32,000 bases of DNA from Faecalibaculum rodentium (GCF_001564455.1 NZ_CP011391.1:390001-422000), one strand, 5' to 3'; shown: positions 17,316-25,866, numbered from the stretch's first letter. Translations and numbers: made by a program. Notes: generated by a model not told the origin, from the letters alone.

Positions 17316-18635
17316 ATGAATTATTTGGATACAGCGAAAGAGCTGACAGAATTTATCCGGAAATCACCCAGTATGTTCCACACCATTCACACGGTGCGGG
17401 AATACCTGGATGCAGAAGGATTCACATATCTGCCGGAAGGGCAGGCCTGGCAGGTGCAGCCTCATGGCCGGTATTACACCACGCGAAACGGCAGCAGCCT
17501 GATCGCCTTCAAGACAGGCAGCGACATCACGGATTTCCATTTCCAGATGACAGCGGCACACTCCGATTCTCCGTGCTACAAGGTAAAGACAGTGGCGGAG
17601 CTGGAGGGACCCAATGAATACCTGAAGCTGGATGTGGAGGCCTATGGCGGCATGATCGACTCCACCTGGCTGGACCGTCCGCTGACTGTCGGCGGCCGTG
17701 TGTTTGTCCGGGAAGGAAACGGCATGAAAAGTCATCTGCTGTACATCGACCGGGACATCCTGCTGATCCCCAACGTGGCGATCCATTTCAACCGTCAGGT
17801 CAATGACGGGTACAAATTCAACCGCCAGGTGGACCTGCTGCCGCTGTTTTCCGCCGGGGCACTGAAAAAAGGCGCCTTTGATGAAATGGTGGCGAGTGAA
17901 CTCGGTGTGGCAAAGGAAGACATCCTGGCCAAGGACCTGTTCCTGGTAAACCGGGAAACCGGCAGGGTATGGGGCTATGAAGACGAGTTCGTATCCAGCC
18001 CGAAGCTGGATGACCTGGAGTGCTCGTTTGCGAGCCTGAAGGCCTTCATTGCGGCGGACAACCCGAAGAGCGTGAATGTCTACTGCTGTCTGGACAACGA
18101 GGAAGTGGGATCCAACACGAAACAGGGTGCAATGAGCACATTCCTGAAGGACACACTGACAAGAATCGCCTCCTGTCTGGGATATTCGGAGGAGGAATAC
18201 CTGCAGGCTGTGGCTAAGTCCTTCATGGTTTCCTGCGACAACGCCCATGCGGTTCATCCCAACCACCCGGAGAAAACCGATGCGGTCAACTGCTGCTGGC
18301 TCAATGGCGGCATTGTCATCAAGGAAAGCGCAAACCAGAAATACACAACGGATGCCTATTCCCGGGCGCTGTTCACAGCCATCATGAACACGGCAGGAGT
18401 GCCGGTGCAGACATTCGCCAACCGCTCCGATGTCCTGGGCGGCAGCACGCTGGGAAACCTCTCCAACATCCAGGTTTCCGTGAATGCGGTGGATATCGGC
18501 CTGGCACAGCTTGCGATGCACTCGAGTTTTGAAACCGCCGGTTCAAAGGACCCCGAGTACATGATCAGGGGACTGACGGCATATTTTGAAACCGACGTCC
18601 GGATCCAGGAAAGCGAAGGAGCACTGTTCGAATAA
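17316..18635 (+). CDS. M18-family aminopeptidase (aspartyl-aminopeptidase-like)
   Basis: 439 aa from ATG 17316 (SD GGAGGA 9 nt upstream). Metal-ligand motifs AAHSDSPCYKVK, LDNEEVGS and DNAHAVHPN are characteristic of M18/M42 aminopeptidases. Confidence 0.88.
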   Translation: MNYLDTAKELTEFIRKSPSMFHTIHTVREYLDAEGFTYLPEGQAWQVQPHGRYYTTRNGSSLIAFKTGSDITDFHFQMTAAHSDSPCYKVKTVAELEGPNEYLKLDVEAYGGMIDSTWLDRPLTVGGRVFVREGNGMKSHLLYIDRDILLIPNVAIHFNRQVNDGYKFNRQVDLLPLFSAGALKKGAFDEMVASELGVAKEDILAKDLFLVNRETGRVWGYEDEFVSSPKLDDLECSFASLKAFIAADNPKSVNVYCCLDNEEVGSNTKQGAMSTFLKDTLTRIASCLGYSEEEYLQAVAKSFMVSCDNAHAVHPNHPEKTDAVNCCWLNGGIVIKESANQKYTTDAYSRALFTAIMNTAGVPVQTFANRSDVLGGSTLGNLSNIQVSVNAVDIGLAQLAMHSSFETAGSKDPEYMIRGLTAYFETDVRIQESEGALFE

Positions 18636-19252
18636 TGGCAGCGATGCCCTATCCCTGGCTGTCGGCCACAGACAAGAGCCTGCTGGACAGTGAAGAGGTC
18701 CTGGCTGCCATTGACCGAAAGAACTGGTCCAGAGGCAAAAAGGACCTGTATGCACAGTATTACCTCGAGCAGCGTGCAAAGTACGTGGAAGAAGAGCGGA
18801 TGAAGGACTTCCGGCTGAATGCTGCGGATCTGAAATCCTGGCGGCGTCAGTCGGCCTTCAGGCGGTTTGCATCGGAGTACGAACGACAGCAGCTGGAGAA
18901 ATTCCGGATCAGCGGGATGATCACCACCATCTGCATGACCCTGGTCCTGTTCTTTGCCAAGGCGATGTGGGAGGGGGAGTATTTCATCAACTTCTCCGTG
19001 GATGCGATTGTCGGCACCATTGCCCTTGTCGTGGCAGCGAGCCAGTACCGGATCAAGTACAGCGTTATCACGAAGTTCACACGCAGCCGGGATTATATCC
19101 TCATGGATGTTTTGAGTGTTCTTCTTTGTCTGCTTCTGAAGGTGTGGCTGCCTGCCAGTCTGGATTTCTCTCTGTTTGTCCTGCTCATGAATTATTTCCT
19201 GCAGAAGAAGCGCTTCGAGGAATCCGAGGCGGCTTTCCTGAAAGAAAACTGA
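18635..19252 (+). CDS. Hypothetical membrane protein (about 90-aa soluble N-terminus plus four predicted TM helices), translationally coupled to the aminopeptidase
   Basis: Its ATG overlaps the aminopeptidase stop (TAATG at 18633-18637). TM segments are ISGMITTICMTLVLFFAKAMW, AIVGTIALVVAASQY, ILMDVLSVLLCLLLKVWL and FSLFVLLMNYFL. A terminator follows. I recognise no family. Confidence 0.7.
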   Translation: MAAMPYPWLSATDKSLLDSEEVLAAIDRKNWSRGKKDLYAQYYLEQRAKYVEEERMKDFRLNAADLKSWRRQSAFRRFASEYERQQLEKFRISGMITTICMTLVLFFAKAMWEGEYFINFSVDAIVGTIALVVAASQYRIKYSVITKFTRSRDYILMDVLSVLLCLLLKVWLPASLDFSLFVLLMNYFLQKKRFEESEAAFLKEN

Positions 19253-19258
19253 CAGCCT

Positions 19259-19303
19259 GAACACCTGCTGACGGGAAGGATCCTGACGGCAGGTGTTTTG
19301 TTG
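19259..19303 (+). terminator. Terminator-like stem-loop after the hypothetical membrane protein
   Basis: AACACCTGC (19260-19268) pairs with GCAGGTGTT (19289-19297), followed by TTGTTG. Confidence 0.55.
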
Positions 19304-19444
19304 CTGCCGGGCAGCTTGAATGTACACGCTGCACGGCAGACCGGATATCCGCAGCAGTCCGGGACCTGCTGGCAGGCAGCGGCAGGCAGGAGAGACCGGG
19401 GTGACTGTTGCGCAATGTGGCCAGCCGGTATATGATTCAGGTGC

Positions 19445-19560
19445 ACTCAAATCTTCAGGGCAGGGTGAAAGTCCCTACTGGCGGTATACTCCGCGAACCT
19501 TCGGGCCGAGCCGGTGAAACTCCGGCAGCAACAGTGACAGTCTGGATGAAAGAAGAGCTT
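19445..19560 (+). promoter_or_regulatory. FMN riboswitch (RFN element) aptamer
   Basis: CTTCAGGGCAGGGTGAAAGTCCCTACTGGCGGTA...GCCGGTGAAACTCCGG...CAACAGTGACAGTCTGGATGAAAGAAG matches the conserved RFN core known from the B. subtilis ribD leader (GGGCAGGGTGAAATTCCCGACCGGCGGTA...GACAGTGAAAGTCTGGATGGGAGAAG). P1 is TCTTC (19452-19456) with GAAGA (19552-19556). The downstream gene is a riboflavin transporter. Confidence 0.93.
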
Positions 19561-19626
19561 TTTTTGCGCGCGTCCGCAGTGAAGCACCTCGAAGATTTAC
19601 GGGGTGCTGTCGAACAGGAGGTACGC

Positions 19627-20277
19627 ATGAAAAATCTATCGACAAAAAAAATCGCGCTGGCGGGCATGATCATTGCTCTCTGCATGGCAGTGACGCTGCT
19701 GATCCGGCTCCCGCTGGTGCCGGCAGTCCCGTTTCTGAAGTTTGACGGCAAGGATACCATCCTGGCCATTGCGGGGTTCATTTTCGGGGCGGGCTACAGC
19801 CTGCTTCTGACGGTGGCCACCTGCTGTCTGGAACCGTTTTTTACAGGAAACGCCACCTGGGTGGATGTGGTGATGAACATCATCAGCACGGTATCCTTTG
19901 TCTGCACTGCCGCTGTGCTGTACAAACGGTGGCACACCAAAACAGGCGCCATGAAGGCGCTGCTGGCAGGATCTGTCTGCCAGATCCTGGTCATGACAAT
20001 CTGGAATTATGTGGTGGACCCGTTTTATTTTCATATGCCGCGTGCTGCTGTCGTACAGATGCTGCCGTGGATCGCACTGTTCAATGTCCTCAAGTGCGGA
20101 CTGAACAGCGGCATCACACTGTTCATCTACAAGCCGGTGGTCACGGCCCTGCGAAGCCGGGGGCTCGCACCCGAGAGCCATCCGGGCACTTCGGACGGTC
20201 GAAGCTATGCCTATGCAGGCGGATTCGTGCTGCTCACGGCGCTGCTTGTCTGCCTGTGTGTGGCCGGACTTATCTGA
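19627..20277 (+). CDS. ribU: Riboflavin transporter, ECF-type S component (RibU family)
   Basis: 216 aa, six or more TM helices, MKNLSTKKIALAGMIIALCMAV... This is the typical RibU/YpaA N-terminus, and the gene sits directly behind an FMN riboswitch. SD AGGAGG at 19616-19621. Confidence 0.85.
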   Translation: MKNLSTKKIALAGMIIALCMAVTLLIRLPLVPAVPFLKFDGKDTILAIAGFIFGAGYSLLLTVATCCLEPFFTGNATWVDVVMNIISTVSFVCTAAVLYKRWHTKTGAMKALLAGSVCQILVMTIWNYVVDPFYFHMPRAAVVQMLPWIALFNVLKCGLNSGITLFIYKPVVTALRSRGLAPESHPGTSDGRSYAYAGGFVLLTALLVCLCVAGLI

Positions 20278-20323
20278 GACACTGCCAAACCGGCAGCGCA
20301 TCAGCCAACAGGAGGAATGACAA

Positions 20324-20794
20324 ATGGAATTCGGTACAGCCGAAAAAATACTCTGGGAGAAGCTGGGGGACTGGAAAATCATGGCCCTTGCTTCCTGTGA
20401 AGATGACTATCCCATGGTCCGCAATATCAGCGCCATCATGTACGACGGGAAAATCTGGTTCAAGACCGACAGGAATTTCAGAAAAACACAGCAGCTGATT
20501 GCAAACCCCCGCGTGGCTCTTTGCTGGAACGGTGTGCAGATGGAAGGCCTGGCCGAGATCTGCGGCCTGGTGGTGGAAGAACCGGGTCGTGTGTTTGAGA
20601 AGAAATACCGGGAATACCTGTGGCAGAGCTACAACCGGTACTCTCATGAAGATACGGAAATCCTCGTATGTGTCGAACCGAGGTTCGTGGAAATCTGGGA
20701 TGAGGATGAGGACCGGAATGCCTTTCAGATCTTCCTGGATTTCAACCAGGAGACAGCTGAGAAAAAAATGTACGATGTTGAAGAAGAGGGTTGA
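20324..20794 (+). CDS. Pyridoxamine 5'-phosphate oxidase-like FMN-binding split-barrel protein
   Basis: 156 aa. MALASCEDDYPMVRNISAIMYDGKIWFKTDRNFRKTQQLIANPRVALCW is typical of the PNPOx-like/general stress protein 26 fold. SD AGGAGGA is present. Only 46 nt separate it from ribU, with no terminator, so it is probably co-transcribed. Confidence 0.8.
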   Translation: MEFGTAEKILWEKLGDWKIMALASCEDDYPMVRNISAIMYDGKIWFKTDRNFRKTQQLIANPRVALCWNGVQMEGLAEICGLVVEEPGRVFEKKYREYLWQSYNRYSHEDTEILVCVEPRFVEIWDEDEDRNAFQIFLDFNQETAEKKMYDVEEEG

Positions 20795-20812
20795 ACCGCC
20801 CTCTTTTCTTAT
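20783..20812 (+). terminator. Rho-independent terminator overlapping the end of the PNPOx-like CDS
   Basis: GAAGAGGG (20783-20790), loop TTGAACCG, CCCTCTTT (20799-20806), then TTCTT. Confidence 0.55.
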
Positions 20813-20820
20813 GCTATTAT
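20791..20820 (+). promoter_or_regulatory. Promoter of the S10 operon, nested in the preceding terminator
   Basis: TTGAAC (20791-20796, the terminator loop), an 18-nt spacer, then TGcTATTAT (-10 at 20815-20820). A leader of about 110 nt runs to rpsJ. Confidence 0.5.
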
Positions 20821-20937
20821 CTTTGAGCATTGCGTAGAAGTGCGAGGTTGCTGACCCACTGAAAAGCGTTGTCATGGTTGGGTTGGGGAATTCGCATGGA
20901 GCTATGTTTATCTGAGAATAAACGAAAGGAGCAAACC

Positions 20938-21249
20938 ATGGCAAACAACACAATGAGAATCCGCTTGAAGGCGTACGAGCACCGTATCCTCGACGAATCG
21001 GCCAAGAAGATCGTCGACGCTGCTGAAAAGCACGGTGCCAAGAAGGTGATCGGGCCCGTACCCCTGCCGACAGAAAAGCAGGTGGTCACGATCCTGCGCG
21101 CTGTCCACAAATACAAGGACAGCCGCGAGCAGTTCGAGATGCGTACGCACAAGCGTTTGATTGAGATCGTTGCGCCGAACAAGGAAACAATCGATTCTTT
21201 ACAGCGATTAGAACTTCCCAGCGGTGTTGACATCGAGATTAAACTTTAA
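20938..21249 (+). CDS. rpsJ: 30S ribosomal protein S10
   Basis: [26 protein letters not shown]...PLPTEK... SD AAAGGAG precedes ATG 20938. Confidence 0.97.
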   Translation: MANNTMRIRLKAYEHRILDESAKKIVDAAEKHGAKKVIGPVPLPTEKQVVTILRAVHKYKDSREQFEMRTHKRLIEIVAPNKETIDSLQRLELPSGVDIEIKL

Positions 21250-21263
21250 TGGAGGTGTCAGAA

Positions 21264-21953
21264 ATGAAAGGACTTTTAGGAAGAAAACTGGGCATGACGC
21301 AGGTTTTCACAGAAGACGGAACGCTCATTCCGGTGACTGTGATCGAGGCGTCCCCCAACGTGGTTCTGCAGCTGAAAACTGCTGAGACAGACGGATACGA
21401 AGCCGTACAGCTGGGCTTCGAAGACGTGAAGGAACAGCGCGCGACCAAAGGCGAAAAAGGACACTGCGCCAAAGCCGGCACAGGTCCCAAGCGTTTCGTG
21501 CGCGAGGTCCGCGATGCGGACATGGATGTCAAAGTCGGCGACACAGTCGGCGTGGACATCTTTGCCCCGGGTGAAACGGTGGATGTCATCGGCACCAGCA
21601 AGGGCAAAGGCTACCAGGGCACCATTTACCGGAACAACGCACATCAGGGACCGAAGACACACGGTGGATCCAAGAACATCCGCCACATCGGGTCTCTGGC
21701 AACCAACGGTATCACCTCCCGTCAGGGACGCATCATGAAGGGTACTGCGATGCCCGGTCATGAAGGCCACCTGCGTGTCACTGCGCAGAACCTGACGGTC
21801 ATCAAGGTAGATCCCGAAAACAATTACGTGCTGATCAAGGGCAATGTCCCGGGACCGAAAAAGGGCATGGTCATGATCCGCACTGCAAAGACCAGCAAGG
21901 GCGACAAGGAACCTGTTGTGCTGGTTGACTACAGCAAGGAGGTCCAGGAATAA
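21264..21953 (+). CDS. rplC: 50S ribosomal protein L3
   Basis: MKGLLGRKLGMTQVFTEDGTLIPVTVIEA... SD GGAGGTG precedes ATG 21264; the ORF-track ATG 21249 lies in the SD. Confidence 0.97.
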   Translation: MKGLLGRKLGMTQVFTEDGTLIPVTVIEASPNVVLQLKTAETDGYEAVQLGFEDVKEQRATKGEKGHCAKAGTGPKRFVREVRDADMDVKVGDTVGVDIFAPGETVDVIGTSKGKGYQGTIYRNNAHQGPKTHGGSKNIRHIGSLATNGITSRQGRIMKGTAMPGHEGHLRVTAQNLTVIKVDPENNYVLIKGNVPGPKKGMVMIRTAKTSKGDKEPVVLVDYSKEVQE

Positions 21954-22582
21954 TGGCTCAGATCGATGTGATCAACCGCAAGGGCGAAGTGGTCGGCTCC
22001 ATTGAGCTCAACGACGCCGTATTCGCGATCGAACCGAACCAGCAGGCGCTGTTCGATGCGATCATCATGCAGCAGGCCGGCAAGCGCCAGGGCACTGCAG
22101 CAACCAAGGGACGCAGCCAGGTTTCCGGCGGCGGACGCAAGCCCTATCGCCAGAAAGGCACAGGCCGCGCCCGTCAGGGTTCCATCCGTGCTCCGCAGTA
22201 TCGTGGCGGCGGAACGGTGTTCGGTGCAACGCCCCGTGACTACTCCTACAAAATCAACAAGAAGGTACGCCGCCTGGCCCTGAAGTCCGCTCTCTCCGAG
22301 AAGCTGGCCGAAGAGGCATTCGGCGTGATGGACAACCTGGTGATGGATGCCCCGAAAACCAAGGATTTCAAGGCAATCGTGGAAGCCATCCAGGCTCCGA
22401 AGAAAACGCTGTTCATTGTTGGAATGGAAGAGGATACAGACAACGCCTACATGTCCAGCCGCAACCTGCCGGGCATTTCCATGATGAACTCCAACGGCAT
22501 CAACGTCTACGATCTGGTCAATGCCAACAGGATCGTGCTGACGGAAGCCGCCGTCAAAGAAATTGAGGAGGCTCTGGCATAA
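21953..22582 (+). CDS. rplD: 50S ribosomal protein L4
   Basis: ...GGGRKPYRQKGTGRARQGSIRAPQYRGGGTVFG...; TAATG overlap with rplC. Confidence 0.97.
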   Translation: MAQIDVINRKGEVVGSIELNDAVFAIEPNQQALFDAIIMQQAGKRQGTAATKGRSQVSGGGRKPYRQKGTGRARQGSIRAPQYRGGGTVFGATPRDYSYKINKKVRRLALKSALSEKLAEEAFGVMDNLVMDAPKTKDFKAIVEAIQAPKKTLFIVGMEEDTDNAYMSSRNLPGISMMNSNGINVYDLVNANRIVLTEAAVKEIEEALA

Positions 22583-22872
22583 TGAAGGACTACAGAGACA
22601 TCATCCTGCGCCCGGTCATCACCGAAAAGTCGATGAAGCTGATGGCGGATGACAACAAAGTAACGTTCAAGGTGGCACCCACTGCCAACAAGATCGAAGT
22701 CAGGAATGCGGTGGAAAAGCTCTTCAATGTGAAGGTGACCAACGTGAACATCCTGAACACAGCTGACAAGAAGAAGCGCGTCGGACGCCACACAGGTGTT
22801 GTCCGCGGTTTCAAGAAAGCAGTCGTGACTCTGGCCGAAGGCAGCAGCATCAATCTGTTCGGCGAAGAGTAA
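22582..22872 (+). CDS. rplW: 50S ribosomal protein L23
   Basis: [31 protein letters not shown]... Confidence 0.97.
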   Translation: MKDYRDIILRPVITEKSMKLMADDNKVTFKVAPTANKIEVRNAVEKLFNVKVTNVNILNTADKKKRVGRHTGVVRGFKKAVVTLAEGSSINLFGEE

Positions 22873-22931
22873 AACAGGGAGAAGACGCTATTTCCTGTAT
22901 AAACATTGCGTAACAGGAGGAACCAAAGGCC

Positions 22932-23765
22932 ATGCCTATCAAGAAATATAAACCTACCACTCCCGGCCGCCGTGGAATGACGACTCTGACGAAGGAAGAG
23001 ATCACCAAGTCCACACCGGAAAAAAGCCTGCTTGCTCCGCTGAGCAAGAACGGCGGCCGCAACAACAATGGACGCATCACGACCCGTCACAAAGGCGGCG
23101 GACACAAGCGTCACTACCGGATCATCGACTTCAAGCGCACAAAGGACGGCATCCCCGCCACTGTGTCCGCGATCGAATACGATCCCAACCGTTCCGCAAA
23201 CATTGCCCTGCTGACTTATGCAGATGGCGAAAAGCGGTACATCCTGGCTCCCAAGGGTCTGGAAGTCGGAACGAAAATCGTTTCCGGACCGGAGACGGAT
23301 GTCCGCACCGGCAACTGCATGGAACTGCGCAACATGCCTGAAGGTACGGTTGTTCACAACGTTGAGCTGAAGCCCGGCAAGGGCGGGCAGATGGCACGCT
23401 CCGCAGGCAGCTCCGCTCAGATCCTGGGTATTGAAGACAAGTATGTCACCCTGCGTCTGACTTCCGGCGAAGTCCGCAAGGTGCTCGGTACCTGCCGTGC
23501 CACGATTGGCACAGTGGGCAACGAAGACCACAGCCTGGTGAACCTGGGCAAGGCCGGCCGTTCCCGCTGGCTGGGCATCCGCCCGACTGTCCGCGGTTCT
23601 GTCATGAACCCGAACGACCACCCGCACGGTGGTGGTGAAGGCCGTACCCCGATCGGCCGCAAGGCACCCATGACTCCCTGGGGCAAGAAAGCTCTGGGTG
23701 TGAAGACCCGCAACAAGAAGAAGGCGAGCACGAAACTGATCGTACGCCGCCGCAACGGGAAGTAA
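22932..23765 (+). CDS. rplB: 50S ribosomal protein L2
   Basis: [17 protein letters not shown]...[14 protein letters not shown]... Confidence 0.98.
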   Translation: MPIKKYKPTTPGRRGMTTLTKEEITKSTPEKSLLAPLSKNGGRNNNGRITTRHKGGGHKRHYRIIDFKRTKDGIPATVSAIEYDPNRSANIALLTYADGEKRYILAPKGLEVGTKIVSGPETDVRTGNCMELRNMPEGTVVHNVELKPGKGGQMARSAGSSAQILGIEDKYVTLRLTSGEVRKVLGTCRATIGTVGNEDHSLVNLGKAGRSRWLGIRPTVRGSVMNPNDHPHGGGEGRTPIGRKAPMTPWGKKALGVKTRNKKKASTKLIVRRRNGK

Positions 23766-23777
23766 GAGGAGGAAATC

Positions 23778-24056
23778 ATGAGCCGCAGTCTGAAAAAAGG
23801 CCCGTTCGTCGACGACCACCTGATGAAGAAGGTGGAGGCGCTGAACGCTGCCAATAAAAAAGAAGTCATCAAGACATGGAGCCGTCGCTCTACGATCTTC
23901 CCTCAGTTCGTGGAACACACATTTGCTGTGCACAATGGCAAGGAACACGTTCCCGTCTATGTAACGGAAGATATGGTAGGACACAAGCTCGGTGAGTTTG
24001 TGCCCACCCGCAAATATACCGGCCACGCTTCTGACGACAAGAAGGGCCGCAAGTAG
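23778..24056 (+). CDS. rpsS: 30S ribosomal protein S19
   Basis: [20 protein letters not shown]...[23 protein letters not shown]... Confidence 0.98.
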   Translation: MSRSLKKGPFVDDHLMKKVEALNAANKKEVIKTWSRRSTIFPQFVEHTFAVHNGKEHVPVYVTEDMVGHKLGEFVPTRKYTGHASDDKKGRK

Positions 24057-24068
24057 GAGGCAAGGACA

Positions 24069-24404
24069 ATGGAAGTGAAAGCAACAGCCAAAACTCTGAG
24101 GATCCAGCCCCGCAAGGCCCGCCTGGTCCTGAACCTGATTCGGGGCAAGGACGTGGAAGAAGCTGCAGCCATCTGCAAGTTTCTGCCCAACAAGGGTGGT
24201 GCAATGGTCGGAAAGGTTCTGAAATCCGCCGTTGCCAACGCAGTGAACAATCACGACCTCGACGAAGACAAACTCTATGTCAAGGCCTGCTGGGCTGACG
24301 AGGGCATTACGATGAAGCGCTACATGCCCCGCGCCAAGGGTTCCGCGAGTCCCATCAACAAGAGAACCAGCCACATCACCGTGGTTGTGGCCGAGAAAGA
24401 GTAG
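24069..24404 (+). CDS. rplV: 50S ribosomal protein L22
   Basis: ...[23 protein letters not shown]... Confidence 0.97.
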   Translation: MEVKATAKTLRIQPRKARLVLNLIRGKDVEEAAAICKFLPNKGGAMVGKVLKSAVANAVNNHDLDEDKLYVKACWADEGITMKRYMPRAKGSASPINKRTSHITVVVAEKE

Positions 24405-24413
24405 GAGGTCCGA

Positions 24414-25259
24414 ATGGGTCAGAAAGTAAGTCCGATCGGCATGCGTGTCGGCATCATCCGCGACTGGCAGTCCCGGTGGTATGCAGACGATAAGGAATTC
24501 GGCAAGCTGCTGATCGAAGATGTGAATATCCGCAACTTCATCGAAAAATATTATGCTGGTCTGTCCGCAAAGGCGGCTGACCGCCGGAAGGCAGATCCCC
24601 AGATCTCCCGCATTGAAATTGAACGCTGCAAGAACCGGATGACGATCATCATCCGTACTGCTCACCCCGGTGTGGTAATCGGCCAGGAAGGCAAGTCCAT
24701 CGACGGCCTGCGTAAGCAGCTGGAAAAGATGACGAATGTCAAGAACATCCAGATCAACGTTGTGGAAGTAGCCAACCCGAACCTGGATGCACGTCTGGTT
24801 GCACGCTGGATCGCCAACGAACTGGAAGGCCGTAAATCTTTCCGTGCCACCCAGAAGAAGGCCATTCAGAACACCATGCGTGCCGGTGCCAAGGGCATCA
24901 AGACCCAGGTTTCCGGCCGTCTTGGCGGTGCGGACATCGCCCGCTCCGAGGGATATTCCGAGGGTGTCGTGCCTCTGCACACTCTGCGCAGCGACATCGA
25001 CTACGCATGGGAAGAGGCTTCCACAACCTATGGCCGTCTGGGCGTCAAAGTCTGGATCTGCCGCGGTGAAGTCCTGCCCGGCGAAATGGTGAAGGAACCG
25101 GAAGCTCCGAAACAGCGTCCGATGCGCGGACGCCGCAAGGGCCGCAACGACCGTGGCGGACGCCCCGGTGGACGCGGACCCCGCCGTGATCAGAATGCCG
25201 GCAGCCGTCCTCAGGCTGATGCTGCCGCCAAGGGAGGTAACGACGATGTTAATGCCTAA
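24414..25259 (+). CDS. rpsC: 30S ribosomal protein S3, with an Arg/Gly-rich C-terminal extension of about 55 aa
   Basis: [24 protein letters not shown]...[14 protein letters not shown]...[14 protein letters not shown], then the tail [34 protein letters not shown]... The total is 281 aa, against about 218 aa in B. subtilis (from memory). Confidence 0.96.
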   Translation: MGQKVSPIGMRVGIIRDWQSRWYADDKEFGKLLIEDVNIRNFIEKYYAGLSAKAADRRKADPQISRIEIERCKNRMTIIIRTAHPGVVIGQEGKSIDGLRKQLEKMTNVKNIQINVVEVANPNLDARLVARWIANELEGRKSFRATQKKAIQNTMRAGAKGIKTQVSGRLGGADIARSEGYSEGVVPLHTLRSDIDYAWEEASTTYGRLGVKVWICRGEVLPGEMVKEPEAPKQRPMRGRRKGRNDRGGRPGGRGPRRDQNAGSRPQADAAAKGGNDDVNA

Positions 25260-25662
25260 GAGGACCAAATACCGCCGTCCTCACCGCCTGTCCTACGAAG
25301 GCCGTGCAAAAGCCGGCCGGAACGTGGACTTCGGCGAATACGGCCTGGTCGCAGAATCCGGAAACTATGTTTCCAACCGTCAGATCGAAGCTGCACGTAT
25401 TGCCATGACACGTTACATGAAGCGAGGCGGCAAGGTGTGGATCCGGATTTTCCCGCACATGGCAAGAACCAAAAAGCCTCTGGAAGTCCGCATGGGTTCC
25501 GGTAAGGGTGCACCCGAAGGATGGGTTGCTGTCGTAAAACCCGGCCGCGTAATGTTCGAGGTCGGCGGTGTCAGCGAGGAAGTGGCACGTGAGGCCCTGC
25601 GTCTTGCAGCTCACAAGCTTCCCGTCAAGACACGGTTTGTGAAAAAAGGAGAAGCTCTCTAA
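25246..25662 (+). CDS. rplP: 50S ribosomal protein L16
   Basis: [14 protein letters not shown]... SD AGGGAGGT at 25231-25238. Overlaps the rpsC 3' end by 14 nt. Confidence 0.97.
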   Translation: MLMPKRTKYRRPHRLSYEGRAKAGRNVDFGEYGLVAESGNYVSNRQIEAARIAMTRYMKRGGKVWIRIFPHMARTKKPLEVRMGSGKGAPEGWVAVVKPGRVMFEVGGVSEEVAREALRLAAHKLPVKTRFVKKGEAL

Positions 25663-25856
25663 TGAAGGCGAATGAAATACGTGAAATGAGCAATGAAGAG
25701 CTCGTAAAGCAGATCGACGTCCTGAAGGATGAGCTCTTCAATCTGCGTTTCCAGCAGGCGACCGGTCAGCTGGAAAACACTGCACGTCTGAAGCAGGTCA
25801 AGAAAGACATCGCACGCATCAAGACAATTCAGACAGAGCGTGCAAATGCGAAGTAA
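25662..25856 (+). CDS. rpmC: 50S ribosomal protein L29
   Basis: [40 protein letters not shown]... Confidence 0.97.
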   Translation: MKANEIREMSNEELVKQIDVLKDELFNLRFQQATGQLENTARLKQVKKDIARIKTIQTERANAK

Positions 25857-25866
25857 GGAGACCAGA

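Noticed and set aside
15654-18521. Minus-strand ORFs of 497 aa (15654-17147) and 385 aa (17364-18521), opposite the permease and the M18 aminopeptidase.
   Set aside because: These are shadow ORFs opposite well-supported genes. They are His/Arg/Gln/Gly-rich and have no start context.
22590-25268. An 892-aa ORF on the minus strand spanning rplW-rplB-rpsS-rplV-rpsC, the longest ORF in the window.
   Set aside because: This is a shadow ORF. rplB (22932), rpsS (23778), rplV (24069) and rpsC (24414) all start at coordinates divisible by 3. The antisense ORF is in exact codon register with them (first codon 25266-25268). In that register an antisense stop requires a sense TTA, CTA or TCA codon, and these highly expressed G+C-biased genes avoid those codons. 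The translation is low-complexity (Ala/Gly/Val/Leu/Arg-rich) with no SD and no recognisable domain.
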